Positions 23,652 through 34,177 of a stretch of 44,201 nucleotides of DNA are shown here, piece by piece. How positions within the stretch are numbered: the stretch's first letter is position 1; each line of letters begins with the position of its first letter. Both the position numbers and the translations under genes were made by a program. The DNA comes from Salisapilia sapeloensis CBS 127946 (lineage: Eukaryota; Protista; Oomycota): contig JAADVB010000160.1 in assembly GCA_023334545.1 (NCBI GenBank), positions 1-44,201 of the forward strand. Direction: 5' to 3'. The notes under the pieces were generated by a model. It made no database searches, was not told where the DNA came from, and saw only the letters and a list, made by a program, of their open reading frames with translations.

Positions 23652-24779
23652 ATGTCAGACATGAATGGACGAGTGGTCTGTGACCGTTGCAAGCGTCCGC
23701 CGAATGTCTGCTATTGTGATGGGCTCCCATCGTCCCCGATCGAAACTGACAAGAGCCATGTACTTGTACTGCAGCACAGACATGAGACGCTGCGTCGCAC
23801 AGCCATTTCATCTGTCCCCGTGCTGGCGAATGTCTTGGACAGCGCGACGGTTGTTCAAGTGCCAAAGAGTAATGAGCTCGTGCCAGGGCGATGCCCTGAA
23901 CTAGATAAACCGCTTTTACATGATTCGTACAACTCGATACTCGTCCTCTTTCCAGACCCTAGTGCCCAGCCCCTCGCGGATGTCCTAGCAGATAGTCAGC
24001 TGAGTCAAGACAAGACGCTACTCGTGGCGATCGATGGGACGTGGAAAGAAGCCAAGCAGCTCATGAACCGCAACAAGGAGCTGTGGGAAGCGGCAAAAGA
24101 GCAGCAGACAGCTCGTGGAAAACACTTTAGCTTTGTCGTTCTTCCGGAAGACAATGATAGCATCTATGGCTATTTGCGCCGGTCCTCCCTTATTCCATCG
24201 TTCCCCTTCACTTGTATCTGACATATATATATATGTAGGGAGCCAAAGAAGGGATGTATATCGACGTTGGAAGCGATCGCCGGAGCTCTTCGGTTGATCG
24301 AGTCGAACGAAGAGGCTAGTGATGCTCTATTGACAGCCTTCCGTACGATGGTGACCAAGCAAGACACGTTTGCCGCCAAAGGTAGACAAGAAAAGCTGGA
24401 GATGTACAATGGCGTGAGCAAGGAAGAGGAGCTGCAGAAACGATGGGAGCAAGAGCGACAATCGAAAGAGACCAGCCATTCGGACAGCTACCACGGCAGC
24501 CATACTTGCGTTCGAGACTACGTCCTGACGTACACTGAAGTAGACTTTCGACAACGGCAGACTCTTCTCCAATACGTACGTACCTCATAGACCTTATCGA
24601 CGACTGACACTGACGACTGACACTAGGGAGACGTGATCCATGACAACTACCGACAGGTCATGGCGAAATGCACCGAGTTAAATCGTACTCGCAAGCGAGG
24701 TAATCGACTCATGGCTATGTCTCTCGAAGCATTTGAACGACAGACTGGTAACGTACAAGAGCAAGAAAAGGAAATCTAG
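23652..24779 (+). CDS. DTW-domain protein (DTWD2/TapT-like tRNA-uridine aminocarboxypropyltransferase) with C-terminal extension, 339 aa, 3 exons
   Basis: CDRCKRPPNVCYC, VLVLQHRHE, LLVAIDGTWKEAK and RREP..GCISTLEAIA, the last formed across intron 24182-24238. Second intron 24576-24626. Confidence 0.9.
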
Positions 24780-24843
24780 ATTTTTTCTGGTGTTTTCGAA
24801 AGCAAAAATAAAAGCTTTTGTGCAATGATCAATCGTCGTAAGC

Positions 24844-25473
24844 TTACGCCGAGGTTTCATCACCTTCCTCCATCTTGATGTATCGAGGGACGCCGTAGCC
24901 GCCATCGGCATTCGGCCACAACCACTTGGGCCAGTCCTCGCGCAAACGAATCTTCTCGTTTTCTTCATCCAGTTCCAAATACTCCGACTGACGCATCGCT
25001 TCCAATAGCGAGTCGTAATCCTGGTGCATCGCATACACCGCCTGGAAGCTACCGACGAACGCCAGCGGGACGTACCCGTCGACGTCCATGTTCTGACGCA
25101 AGAAGACGTCACGGACGAGATTATCAGGTGTAAAGTAGAATTCGATCTGCTCCCGAGCCCATTGCGCTGTGATGCGCACATCCGGGTTCGGCATGTAGAC
25201 ACCATTCATGTACACGCCATTGTCGTCATATTGCATTCGGCTGCGTCCACCACGTCCTCCACGTCCACGTCCGCGACCTCGGCCTCGGCCTCCACGCGAA
25301 TGACCATGCCCGTTGGACGACTGGTCATCCTCGACCGGTTCTTGGGACCAATTCGTCTTGGTCTTCTTTTTACCCTTCAATCCTTTCGAGCTGTCATCTC
25401 CAACTTCCTCAGCTTCGACCAACCTAAATTTCACGCTATCCGGCACCGTTTCGCCATCTCCGTGCACTGCCAT
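24844..25473 (-). CDS. La-motif RNA-binding protein (LARP-like) with RGG box, 209 aa
   Basis: QIEFYFTPDNLVRDVFLRQNMDVDGYVPLAFVGSF is a La motif, preceded by RGGRGRGRGRGRGGRGGR. An extra upstream exon cannot be excluded. Confidence 0.85.
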   Translation of the reverse strand: MAVHGDGETVPDSVKFRLVEAEEVGDDSSKGLKGKKKTKTNWSQEPVEDDQSSNGHGHSRGGRGRGRGRGRGGRGGRSRMQYDDNGVYMNGVYMPNPDVRITAQWAREQIEFYFTPDNLVRDVFLRQNMDVDGYVPLAFVGSFQAVYAMHQDYDSLLEAMRQSEYLELDEENEKIRLREDWPKWLWPNADGGYGVPRYIKMEEGDETSA

Positions 25474-25640
25474 CCTGATACTAGTATCACGAAATGCCTG
25501 GTCAAAGCGTCAGAACCAATGGAATTTTGCCGCCACTTTTGGTATTTTGAGCGGTAGAACTAAAACGAGACATGCTACTTTTCATAGACAACAACGTATA
25601 TTGTAGCTTCGACAACCTATACTACCAACGACGACGGCAG

Positions 25641-27884
25641 TTACCTCGATGCTGGCGACTGCAAGGCCAATTGGTCGATCGCTCGGCCATTCGTACTTCG
25701 CTGGTGGAAAGATGACGATGAATGTAGACGGCGTTCCCGTCGGTAGCTATTCGATACATGTCGAGATGGCATCGACTGGTTATCTTCCTTTTCGAATGAA
25801 AATCGAAGTGGACCGCTGGCCAAGGTACCGCCATTGGATGGTGCTGACTTCGGTACAGCCGATTGAGCTTCTGACTTATTGGTCTTTTGATTCGAGCACT
25901 GACATACAGACTTGGTATTCGTAGTGTCGCCATGAAGCACGCCTCCACATTCCTTGCAAAGTCCGCTCTTGGATCGAGGAGCTTCGACCCATTCACCATT
26001 TTCCAGTTCGATGAACTCACACGAAGTGTCAGTCAAAGACGTATTCAGGTCTTCTCTAGACAATCCTCTCGGGTGATCGAAGTGGAAGCCAGCAGCTAGG
26101 AGCGAATGAGAATGTGACGTTCCGGACACTGACGAGTGTCTCGATCGAGAATTGATTTCCGGAATCATACCAGTAGCATGGACTTTCATGGATGATGCAT
26201 TTTTATGCCGACCGCTTGACGGAGCAGAAGATAAGGCTCGAGATGTCCGAGTCCGTACGCGATCTCCACTTCCGAACGAAAGCCAGTCGCTTGAAGACGA
26301 CTCTTTCCTGTCACTACATCCCGAGAACTGTATAGGGGACAAGTGTCTGTTACTCTGCTGCCATGCTCCATTTTCCGATTCACTTTTGAGAGAAATATCT
26401 GTCTTTGGACGCATCATTTCCGATGGTGATGCGATCAGATTCATCTGAGAAGCTGTCCAGACATCCGAAAGGTCTGCCGTATCACGCAAGTGATCCATGT
26501 GCTCTGCAGCTTCTCGATCATATTCTTCCAATTCGTACTCGCGAGTAGGTCGTTCTGTATAACCATTCTCACTCTCATCCAGATCCGAGAATTGAAATGT
26601 CTGGACCTGCGCAGTCGGTCTAGCCTCAGGATAGCTCATAGGCTCCGATGACTCTCGCTCAGAGTGCATACGTCTCGCATCCGAAGAGCAGACTGTGCAA
26701 ATACGAATCTTCTTACTCCCGACGACTGGTAGATCGAGTAACCAATCATCACCACATCGCTTACACACTGCATTTCCACACTTTCGACACATGTACTGTC
26801 GGACGAACGTCGTAAAGGCACGATAACAGAGCTGACAAGACGTACGATGCGATCCAGACGGCACGGAAGAACGATGACCTGGTGCTCGTTGCTGTAGATC
26901 CAAATCACCTAGAAGCGTAGAAGAGCTCAGACGCTGCCGCTGAAGCACCGTATCGATGTCCGCTAGGAATGCAATGCGGTTTGCTAAGAAATTCGCGTGA
27001 AAGAACTCTGGGAATCTGCCTTTTAAGTCCATTTCGATTGTGTACGTGACAGCGAGCATGCCTGGCTCATGCGACGACTGGACAGCTACGAGACCACATC
27101 GATATAAACTACCGCGTACGATGCCATGAGAAGACATGAGTGATGGACAGCAAGGCAGACGGATGGAATGCATGGATCGAACCCAGCCACGTCGACCAGT
27201 GGATGGATCGCGGAATTCCTTTTGACATTCCAAGTAGCAGAAGTCTCGATCGCGAAAGAATTTCGATGGAGACTTGAGAAGTCCCCACTTGATGTCCACT
27301 GTCCGACGTGGATGGTCTGCTGATGGAGGCACCAACGGATATAACGTTCTTTTATCTACTAAATTCTGATTGAATAGCAGGTCGTGCTCGCCTGTACCTT
27401 TAGTCGAGTCGTATTTGAATAACACTGCCATCTCTTCTAAGCTCGCATGCAAATTGGTCGAGCCACGGACACTCGTAACGGAGCGTTGTTCACGACGTTC
27501 TCGAGCAGCTCCTTGTTTAATCGGAATACCTCGAATGGTTGTCATTGGTTTCCACACGAGCGTAGCTTCATGCTCTGGCTCAACCGTGTCTCGAATAAGG
27601 TGATTAGCAGTCTCGTTCGCTAGCTTGATCAGATACTTTTTCATCTGAGGCTGGAGAGGCGGTGGAGGTGGGAAAAGTACATCGCTATGCGAGTTTGTAG
27701 CACTATTCTGCTGCTGCCTCGAAGGCTCCGGCTTGTGGACCGAGTCGGCTTGGATGTAGAAAGTTTCGTGGTCATCAAGTACGTTCTGTAGCTGGTCATC
27801 GTGGCTACTCCTGGAAGTCGTCACGTGGGTCTGCTTCGCCGTCGAGTGCCCCCATCCTTTTAAAGCGTTCCCGACCATATCCAT
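25641..27884 (-). CDS. START-like plus FYVE-type zinc-finger protein (oomycete-expanded family), 747 aa
   Basis: START-like KWGLLKSP...RDRDFCYLECQ...GWVRSMHSI...RGSLYRCGLV followed by CQLCYRAF....RQYMCRKCGNAVCKRC...ICTVC, then a Ser-rich tail. Confidence 0.9.
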   Translation of the reverse strand: MDMVGNALKGWGHSTAKQTHVTTSRSSHDDQLQNVLDDHETFYIQADSVHKPEPSRQQQNSATNSHSDVLFPPPPPLQPQMKKYLIKLANETANHLIRDTVEPEHEATLVWKPMTTIRGIPIKQGAARERREQRSVTSVRGSTNLHASLEEMAVLFKYDSTKGTGEHDLLFNQNLVDKRTLYPLVPPSADHPRRTVDIKWGLLKSPSKFFRDRDFCYLECQKEFRDPSTGRRGWVRSMHSIRLPCCPSLMSSHGIVRGSLYRCGLVAVQSSHEPGMLAVTYTIEMDLKGRFPEFFHANFLANRIAFLADIDTVLQRQRLSSSTLLGDLDLQQRAPGHRSSVPSGSHRTSCQLCYRAFTTFVRQYMCRKCGNAVCKRCGDDWLLDLPVVGSKKIRICTVCSSDARRMHSERESSEPMSYPEARPTAQVQTFQFSDLDESENGYTERPTREYELEEYDREAAEHMDHLRDTADLSDVWTASQMNLIASPSEMMRPKTDISLKSESENGAWQQSNRHLSPIQFSGCSDRKESSSSDWLSFGSGDRVRTRTSRALSSAPSSGRHKNASSMKVHATGMIPEINSRSRHSSVSGTSHSHSLLAAGFHFDHPRGLSREDLNTSLTDTSCEFIELENGEWVEAPRSKSGLCKECGGVLHGDTTNTKSVCQCSNQKTNKSEAQSAVPKSAPSNGGTLASGPLRFSFEKEDNQSMPSRHVSNSYRRERRLHSSSSFHQRSTNGRAIDQLALQSPASR

Positions 27885-28234
27885 CACGTCTGACTAAAGC
27901 GAAAATAAGGTGGCAAGAGAGAGGGATGATACGAGGCACGACATCTTGAGAAACAGGTGCATCCTCACACTCGACTCTAGTATATCGACGATGTCCTGAT
28001 GGCAGACTTACGTGTCATTCGTCTTCTGGGTACGAAGCGAATATTCGGATGTACCGGTGGCACGTATGAAGCATACGAGATAACAAATTAGAATATAACA
28101 CGAAGATGCTGACGAGATGACTGATGTCAATTGTACATGCATGAAACCTATATAAGCAAGTAGTTCGGTAGATGAAACTGTACTTGAGATAGCTTCTTAC
28201 AAGTACTAGACAGCTGCATTCGATTCTTTCCATC

Positions 28235-29005
28235 ATGGAACAAAAGTGGACTCAGGAGCGAAAGGAGCTATTACGTACGATTCAGAGGCAGCAAGAAGAG
28301 TATGATACGCTCCGGAAGAGGTTTAAAAAGCTGCAGAGAGTGCTTGTCGACCAGCAGCAAGTGCTTGACAAGTATCATCGAGCGTTTCAGTCCACAAATG
28401 TACCCACAAACCGTGACTCGGAAGCCTCCATCAACCTGCGTCAGACGCCACAGGATCCAGAGCTGACGCAAATGACACAGCTCAACGTCGCTACCGCCCA
28501 TAAGGACGAGGACGAGCAAGAAACATGCATGGAAGATGATAGTGAGCACGAAGGATGGACGAAACGCAAGGTGAATTTCCACGAGACGAATACGACGGCA
28601 TATAAACCACCGACAGAGCCTAGTACACCTCCACCAGCAGCTTCTGGGAAACGAAAGATGGCAATGACATGGGCAGATGAGAAGAAACGGATGCGATCAT
28701 CTCCATCTTACAGGAGCAAGTTGAAAGAGCATCGAACGAATGATACGAAATCTACTAAAGACACAGGAAAGGAAGGCGAATCCTTTGCGTACGTAGATGT
28801 CGTCCGGAATCGAACTGAGAGAGCAGCTCTACCGGCATTCGACTGTGAAGAGTGTCGAAAGTACTATGAAGCGATCCAAGGTGTCGTGTCACCGACCAAG
28901 ATACGAGACGAATGCTCTCGACATCGCGCGAGGTACCAGCCAACAGATACACCGGATGACTTTTGGCGACTCAGTTTCCCAGATTCCTTGTCGGAGCATG
29001 AATAA
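28235..29005 (+). CDS. CtIP/Sae2/Com1 DNA-end resection factor, 256 aa
   Basis: N-terminal coiled coil and C-terminal YVDVVRNRTERAALPAFDCEECRKYY...CSRHRARY..TDTPDDFWRLSFP, containing the CxxC and RHR motifs. Confidence 0.9.
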   Translation: MEQKWTQERKELLRTIQRQQEEYDTLRKRFKKLQRVLVDQQQVLDKYHRAFQSTNVPTNRDSEASINLRQTPQDPELTQMTQLNVATAHKDEDEQETCMEDDSEHEGWTKRKVNFHETNTTAYKPPTEPSTPPPAASGKRKMAMTWADEKKRMRSSPSYRSKLKEHRTNDTKSTKDTGKEGESFAYVDVVRNRTERAALPAFDCEECRKYYEAIQGVVSPTKIRDECSRHRARYQPTDTPDDFWRLSFPDSLSEHE

Positions 29006-29051
29006 ACGTAGGAATCGGATCTATCTATTACGTTTAATTGACCTCGAGCGA

Positions 29052-30093
29052 CTAGGTCGTGAGGTACTTAAGCCTTTCATAAGCGGAATTGATGATACCC
29101 CACGACAGGAGCGAGCGAACAAAGTTCATGTGCACACCTCTATATAGCTTCCGTACAGACTGCCCACGTTCATGATACGTTCGATACAAGGCTTCCACCG
29201 GTCCGACATACGCTTCACCATACACACTCTGCATCTTGGTGCGTGCCACTAATGCAGACGTTAGCACCTATGCAAATCGACATAAAACTAGTACAAATAC
29301 CGTTAATCGGATAGCTGATGGTGCTTATAGCAGCACCCAAGAGCGCTCCGCTGATAAAGTCATGCGTCAGTACCAACAGTCCAGAGTCTGTCTCTGGAAA
29401 GGTGCGTCGGATAGGCTCTCGTAGACCAAAGAAGAGCACATTCGCTGGTCCATTACGTAGTAAGATGGCACTTAGACCTCGATAATGCTCCTTGAGTCCA
29501 TACTGGTTCAAATGCTTGAGCGCATCCATCGCACCTGTAATCTCTTGATTGAATTTCGGCGTCTGGAGTAACGTCTGTGCGCGTTCGAACGGCGCCATGA
29601 TTGCTTCCGTCGTGCCGGATAAACTTGCGGCTAGCAAGTGGACGCCGCGGAAGTCTCCACAGGACGCCACGAGCATGTCATGGTACCAATTATACAGGCC
29701 AAACATGATGGACTTAGAGATAATGGCTTGGACTAGTGGTGGCTTTACACCTCGATAGAGGAGAGGCAGACCTTCGGCACGTAACGTGCCAATAGCCTTC
29801 GGAACGCTCAAGCCAAAGAGCTGTTGTCGAAACATGACCTTGTTGAAAGGAAAGGTGAGGACGATATTGATAGCTGCAGCTGATCCACCACAGAAACACT
29901 CTTGCACGTGCGGATACTGGTGGAAGAAGTGCTGGATCGGACGTTCTGGCATCTCCGTGCCCGTTTCGTTTGTCCGTCGATGCGTTGTGCTTGAAGATGA
30001 TCGAAAGGACATACTTTGGTCATTATACACTCTATCGTTGTCTCTACTAGCTGGTCTAGACAAGTTCGTATCTTTGGCTGATGTGTCGTCCAT
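29052..30093 (-). CDS. Mitochondrial carrier, SLC25A51/52 (MCART)-like, 329 aa, 2 exons
   Basis: TFPFNKVMFRQQLFG, LYRGVKPPL, YRGLSAILLRNGPANVLFFGLREPI, DFISGALLGA and RSLLSWGIINSAYE parallel the SLC25A51 signature segments. Intron 29249-29300. The start codon could be a later ATG. Confidence 0.88.
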
Positions 30094-30313
30094 GACGAGG
30101 CACAAGTAGCGTACTCGCGACGAAAGCTTCTCTACGAAACTTGCGTGTGATGCCCATGAGGACCGACTCTCTTACGATTTGTATACTCTTGATCAAGTAC
30201 GATTATAAAATGTAGCTGACGATCTTGAAGCGACGGATGGAAAATGGGAAAGATAGACAATTGATTCTTCGGTCTTATGCAAGTGAAATGACAAATATGC
30301 AAGGTCATATAGA

Positions 30314-31044
30314 CTAGGCGACAGGAGTTGGTGGCACGTAGCCTTGCTCCATCGTACGTGGCTGTTGTGCCGAGTGACGAAGCGCCTCAGAGACAACGTC
30401 CGGATGCTCCTGCGCATAGCCTGTGACGAATCGACCGATCTTGGCAGCGTACTCTGGATGTTCATGCATTAGATGCGCAGTCTCCTAGTCATCGATATAG
30501 CACAATGTCGTCTTCATGTATAAAAACAAGAGGTACCTTGGAAGCTGGATCGTACGTGACAGTAGGATCCGATGTAGGCGATAGATGTCCATTGCGAAAG
30601 TCGTGATGGAAGAACATGATCAGGCAGGCCAAAACTGCATTTGCGCACATGAGTACACCGACAAACCACGCGAGCTTCACATCCATGCCAAAGTCCATGA
30701 AGCCGACCCTATGGATTCATATAAATATCTTTCCATACCAGAGTGATGGTCGCGACCTACATGAAGACAAAGGTCGTCCGGCCACTGTACGTGAATAAGA
30801 ATCCGAATTGTTCACGAAGTTGAGGCTCCATTGATGTAAAGCGGCATTCGAATGCTAGGAGTAAGAGTGCAAAGATGATCACGTAGGCAGAGATGAGGAA
30901 CGTCGTAATGTCTAGAACCACGAGGTCGAAGAGTCCTAGGAATCCAGCGAACGCTTGCAGCGTGGCTAAGATAACATTCGCATATCTCATATAACGGAGC
31001 AGTTCTTGCACATCCATTTGCTTCATCCTATTTCCATTCGTCAT
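30314..31044 (-). CDS. COPI-associated/TVP15-like small membrane protein, 208 aa, 3 exons
   Basis: Hydrophobic helices with AYVIIFALLLLAFE and QFGFLFTYSGRTTFVF. Introns 30709-30760 and 30485-30536 restore the frame. Confidence 0.8.
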
Positions 31045-31382
31045 TCCTCTTGCTTATTAAAGCGTACAAGTCGAGTTACTTGGCGAACCAGGACATGGGA
31101 GAAGCACGTTTTAGACTCGCAAGTGAGACAAAACCAGAGCTACTAGACGTCCCTTGTCCACTCCCTTCATCTCGAACGTCGGGCGTTCGTTGCTCTGGGT
31201 TTAAAGGCGTGCGCAAGTACCCGTCGTCCTCCATCTTGTCGATAGAAAACACTAGTCTCAAGCAACGAAAAGAAAAGAATTTATAAAGAAAAGAAAATCT
31301 ACTCGAGTCCCTCGACACTCTACGCACACGTTTTATCCACGCGCATCAACCCGACTTGTCTTATTACATGCAAAAACGGATC

Positions 31383-33580
31383 TTATCGTTGAATCACTTT
31401 CGGAGCTTGGTACGTAAAGTCATTCAAGTACTCTCGCTCTCGATCGACCGAGTCGAGCATACGCCACTCGGGTGTATCAACTGCTTCTTGATTGACAAAC
31501 TCTTCATCGACGTACTTGACATCCGAATCATCCACCACATCTGGAACCCACTCAGGTGCCACCTCCTTCTTCTGCAACGCGTCCCAATCGATATTTTCAA
31601 AGAACGGATGCTGCATGATCGACTCTGGCACCGGTCCATCTGTGGCACCCAATCGCTTCTCCGGTTCCTTCTCCAGCAGCCCCTGGATCAACGACTGTGC
31701 GTCTTCCGGGACTTCAGGAGGGATGTACAACGACCCTTCTCGGATATTCCGGTACATGATCGCCTGATTATCATCCTTGAACGGCGTTCGACCGATAAAC
31801 ATCTCAAAGAGCAGGATGCCGAGACTCCACCAGTCGCATTCCTTCCCATACGTCGCGCCTTCCACTGGTTTCTTCCCGTCTTTACCCATGACAGCCAAGA
31901 GTACTTCTGGTGCAATGTACTCTGGCGATCCAGCTAAGGAGTGGGACTTGCCGTCCGATGCACGAGCATACGTCGATAGACCAAAGTCGACGATGACGAC
32001 ATGTCCGTCCTTTTGCAGCAAGATATTCTCCGGTTTCAAGTCTCGATAGATAATGTCCGCAGCATGCAGATGCGCTAAGCCAGCAACAATCTCTGCTGCA
32101 TACAATTGGATGCGTGTAGGCGTGAACGGCGTGTCACCACTTGCACTCAACTGCATGTGTCGACGCAAGTCTCCACCGTTAAAGAACTCCATGCCCATAT
32201 ACACCTTATCTTCATTCTGGAAAGCAAAGAGCAATGATGCGACGAACGGATGGTCAATCTCTCGCAACATATCTCGTTCGATCTTGGCATTCCGACGCAT
32301 CGTTTCGTCCATCCCGATCTTACTGATGATCTTAATGGCATAAATACGTCCATCGGGACCTCGAGCCGACAAGACGCGACCAAAGGTACCTGTCCCAAGC
32401 ACTTGAAGCAGTTCAAAGTCATCGATTTTAATACTCGATTTGCTTTTGCCTTTGCCAGAGTCCGAGACACTTGTTGCACTCGTATCTTCTTCTATTGCGA
32501 CAGAATTTGTTTGTGCTCTTGATCGTGACAATTTCTCTTCATCCGACTCGACAATCTCAATCTCATCATTCAAAATCTGTTGCATGAACTTGATAGACTT
32601 TTGCATACGCGTCTTGTCGACGTCATTCACGGCGAAACGGTAGTACTTGTATCCGCCATTGATATATCGCTGGTCACCAGTCGTATGAATCAACAGCTTA
32701 TTCCGGACGAGACAATTACCTAGTAGCTGCACTTCTTCCAATGTCGAGCAAGTGATCCCGCCGTCCATCGGACGATTCGGGCCATGTCGAAGCATCCACT
32801 CCGACGCCTCTTTGCCTGTGATCACGGACGGATGGAGCTTCAAGTACAACGTCCGGTCCTTGCTCTGAACTTCTCGTCGCATCTGCTCTGCACATGCCCA
32901 GAGCTCCTTGAGACCTGGCTCTTGCGTTAATCGAATTGAAAACTTGAGCTTCCCACTGGCCGACCGCTTGGCTTTGCCATTGTCTCGCGCCTGGAGTTCG
33001 TACCATTCAATGCTTTCGTTACCACTCGGGTCGAGCTGATCGAGCTGAAGCAATAGACGACCTAGATCCTCCGTCTCGACACGACCTTTGTCCTTGCATT
33101 TGACACGAAGGTACTTAGCTTTCGCCAGATCGACGTTAATACCGAACGTATACTCTTCTGCGGCGGCAGCAGCGCCGATACCTAACGGCTGGTGACTCTC
33201 GGTGCCACTGGCGAGAGACTGCAAGACGGTCGCTTTAAGCGGACTCCAGACGGGCATCATGCCTCGGTCCATCCGAACGGGAGGCGTGCGTTGTTTTTCA
33301 CCCTTAATTTCCTGCTTCTTCGCGTCTAACAATACTAGTGTACAGTATACGTTCCGTGCCCTCCCGCTTTCTGCTGAAGCAATGTCTCTTGCTTCAATCG
33401 GTGTGAGTTTGAGCAAGAATCGACGGTGGTGTGGGAGCTGTGGTTTGCCATCGGACGAATAGGTGAGAGCTCTCGACGTTCGTTGTGACTGACTAGATCG
33501 ATGACTAAGTCCTCCTATAGTCGTAGGTGAGTATAAAGTAGATAGACTAGTTCTAGGGATCGACACGTACTGGAAGACAT
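31383..33580 (-). CDS. AGC-group Ser/Thr kinase with C2 and DEP domains, 713 aa, 10-nt first exon
   Basis: C2-like region (...KCKDKGRVETEDLGRLLLQL...WYEL), DEP-like region (ITGKEASEWML...LLGNCLV...LLIH...YRF), kinase motifs GTGTFGRV, YAIK, YRDLKPEN, DFG, APE, and C-terminal LNDFTY hydrophobic motif. The ATG at 33580 joins in frame via intron 33515-33570. Confidence 0.92.
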
Positions 33581-34177
33581 GGAGATAGTCGTGTGGCTTG
33601 ATACGAGGGAGGGAGGAATTCAAATTGTACGAGTAGGTGCACCACGAACGGGAGGATGTACAAGGAGATTGACAGTGATGGGACGTACGGAGGCTACTTG
33701 ATCCGACTGACAATAGGTACGGAGATGGAAAGCCCTCGCGTACAGACCTCTCCTGCGTTTGATGGAGGGAACGGATTACTTGGAGTAAGCCAGTTCATAC
33801 GCTTTCGCGATGGACACTAGTCCGTTCCAATACGCTTTGCTTGCCCCATTTCTTTTGGCACGGATGTTTGCACCGACGCAGTTTTCCAAAAGTGGGGACT
33901 TTTGTACTCTTTATGCCAAAAGCGGAAAAAATGTTCAAAGAGGGGAGCAAGAAAGTATTGAGCAGGGCGTATCACTCATGACCATTTCGATCCTTGCAAG
34001 TGGTGAAATCAGCCTTGTACATGCCCACTTTTGGTATGTTTCCACGAGTACAGGTCCTGACTTTTACCACGTATGGAAGATGCAAAATAGTCCCGGTTTT
34101 AGCACCTTTTGTCCAGTTTTGTCTATCGCAGTACAATTGTCTCCACTTTTGGAAATACGCTTCGAAGGATTGTAAAA

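Noticed and set aside
25250-25310. Short tandem CCACGT/CCTCGG repeats, and a TA run in the DTW intron near 24223-24234
   Set aside because: The first encodes the RGG box of the La protein and the second is a trivial microsatellite. Neither is a CRISPR or structured array.
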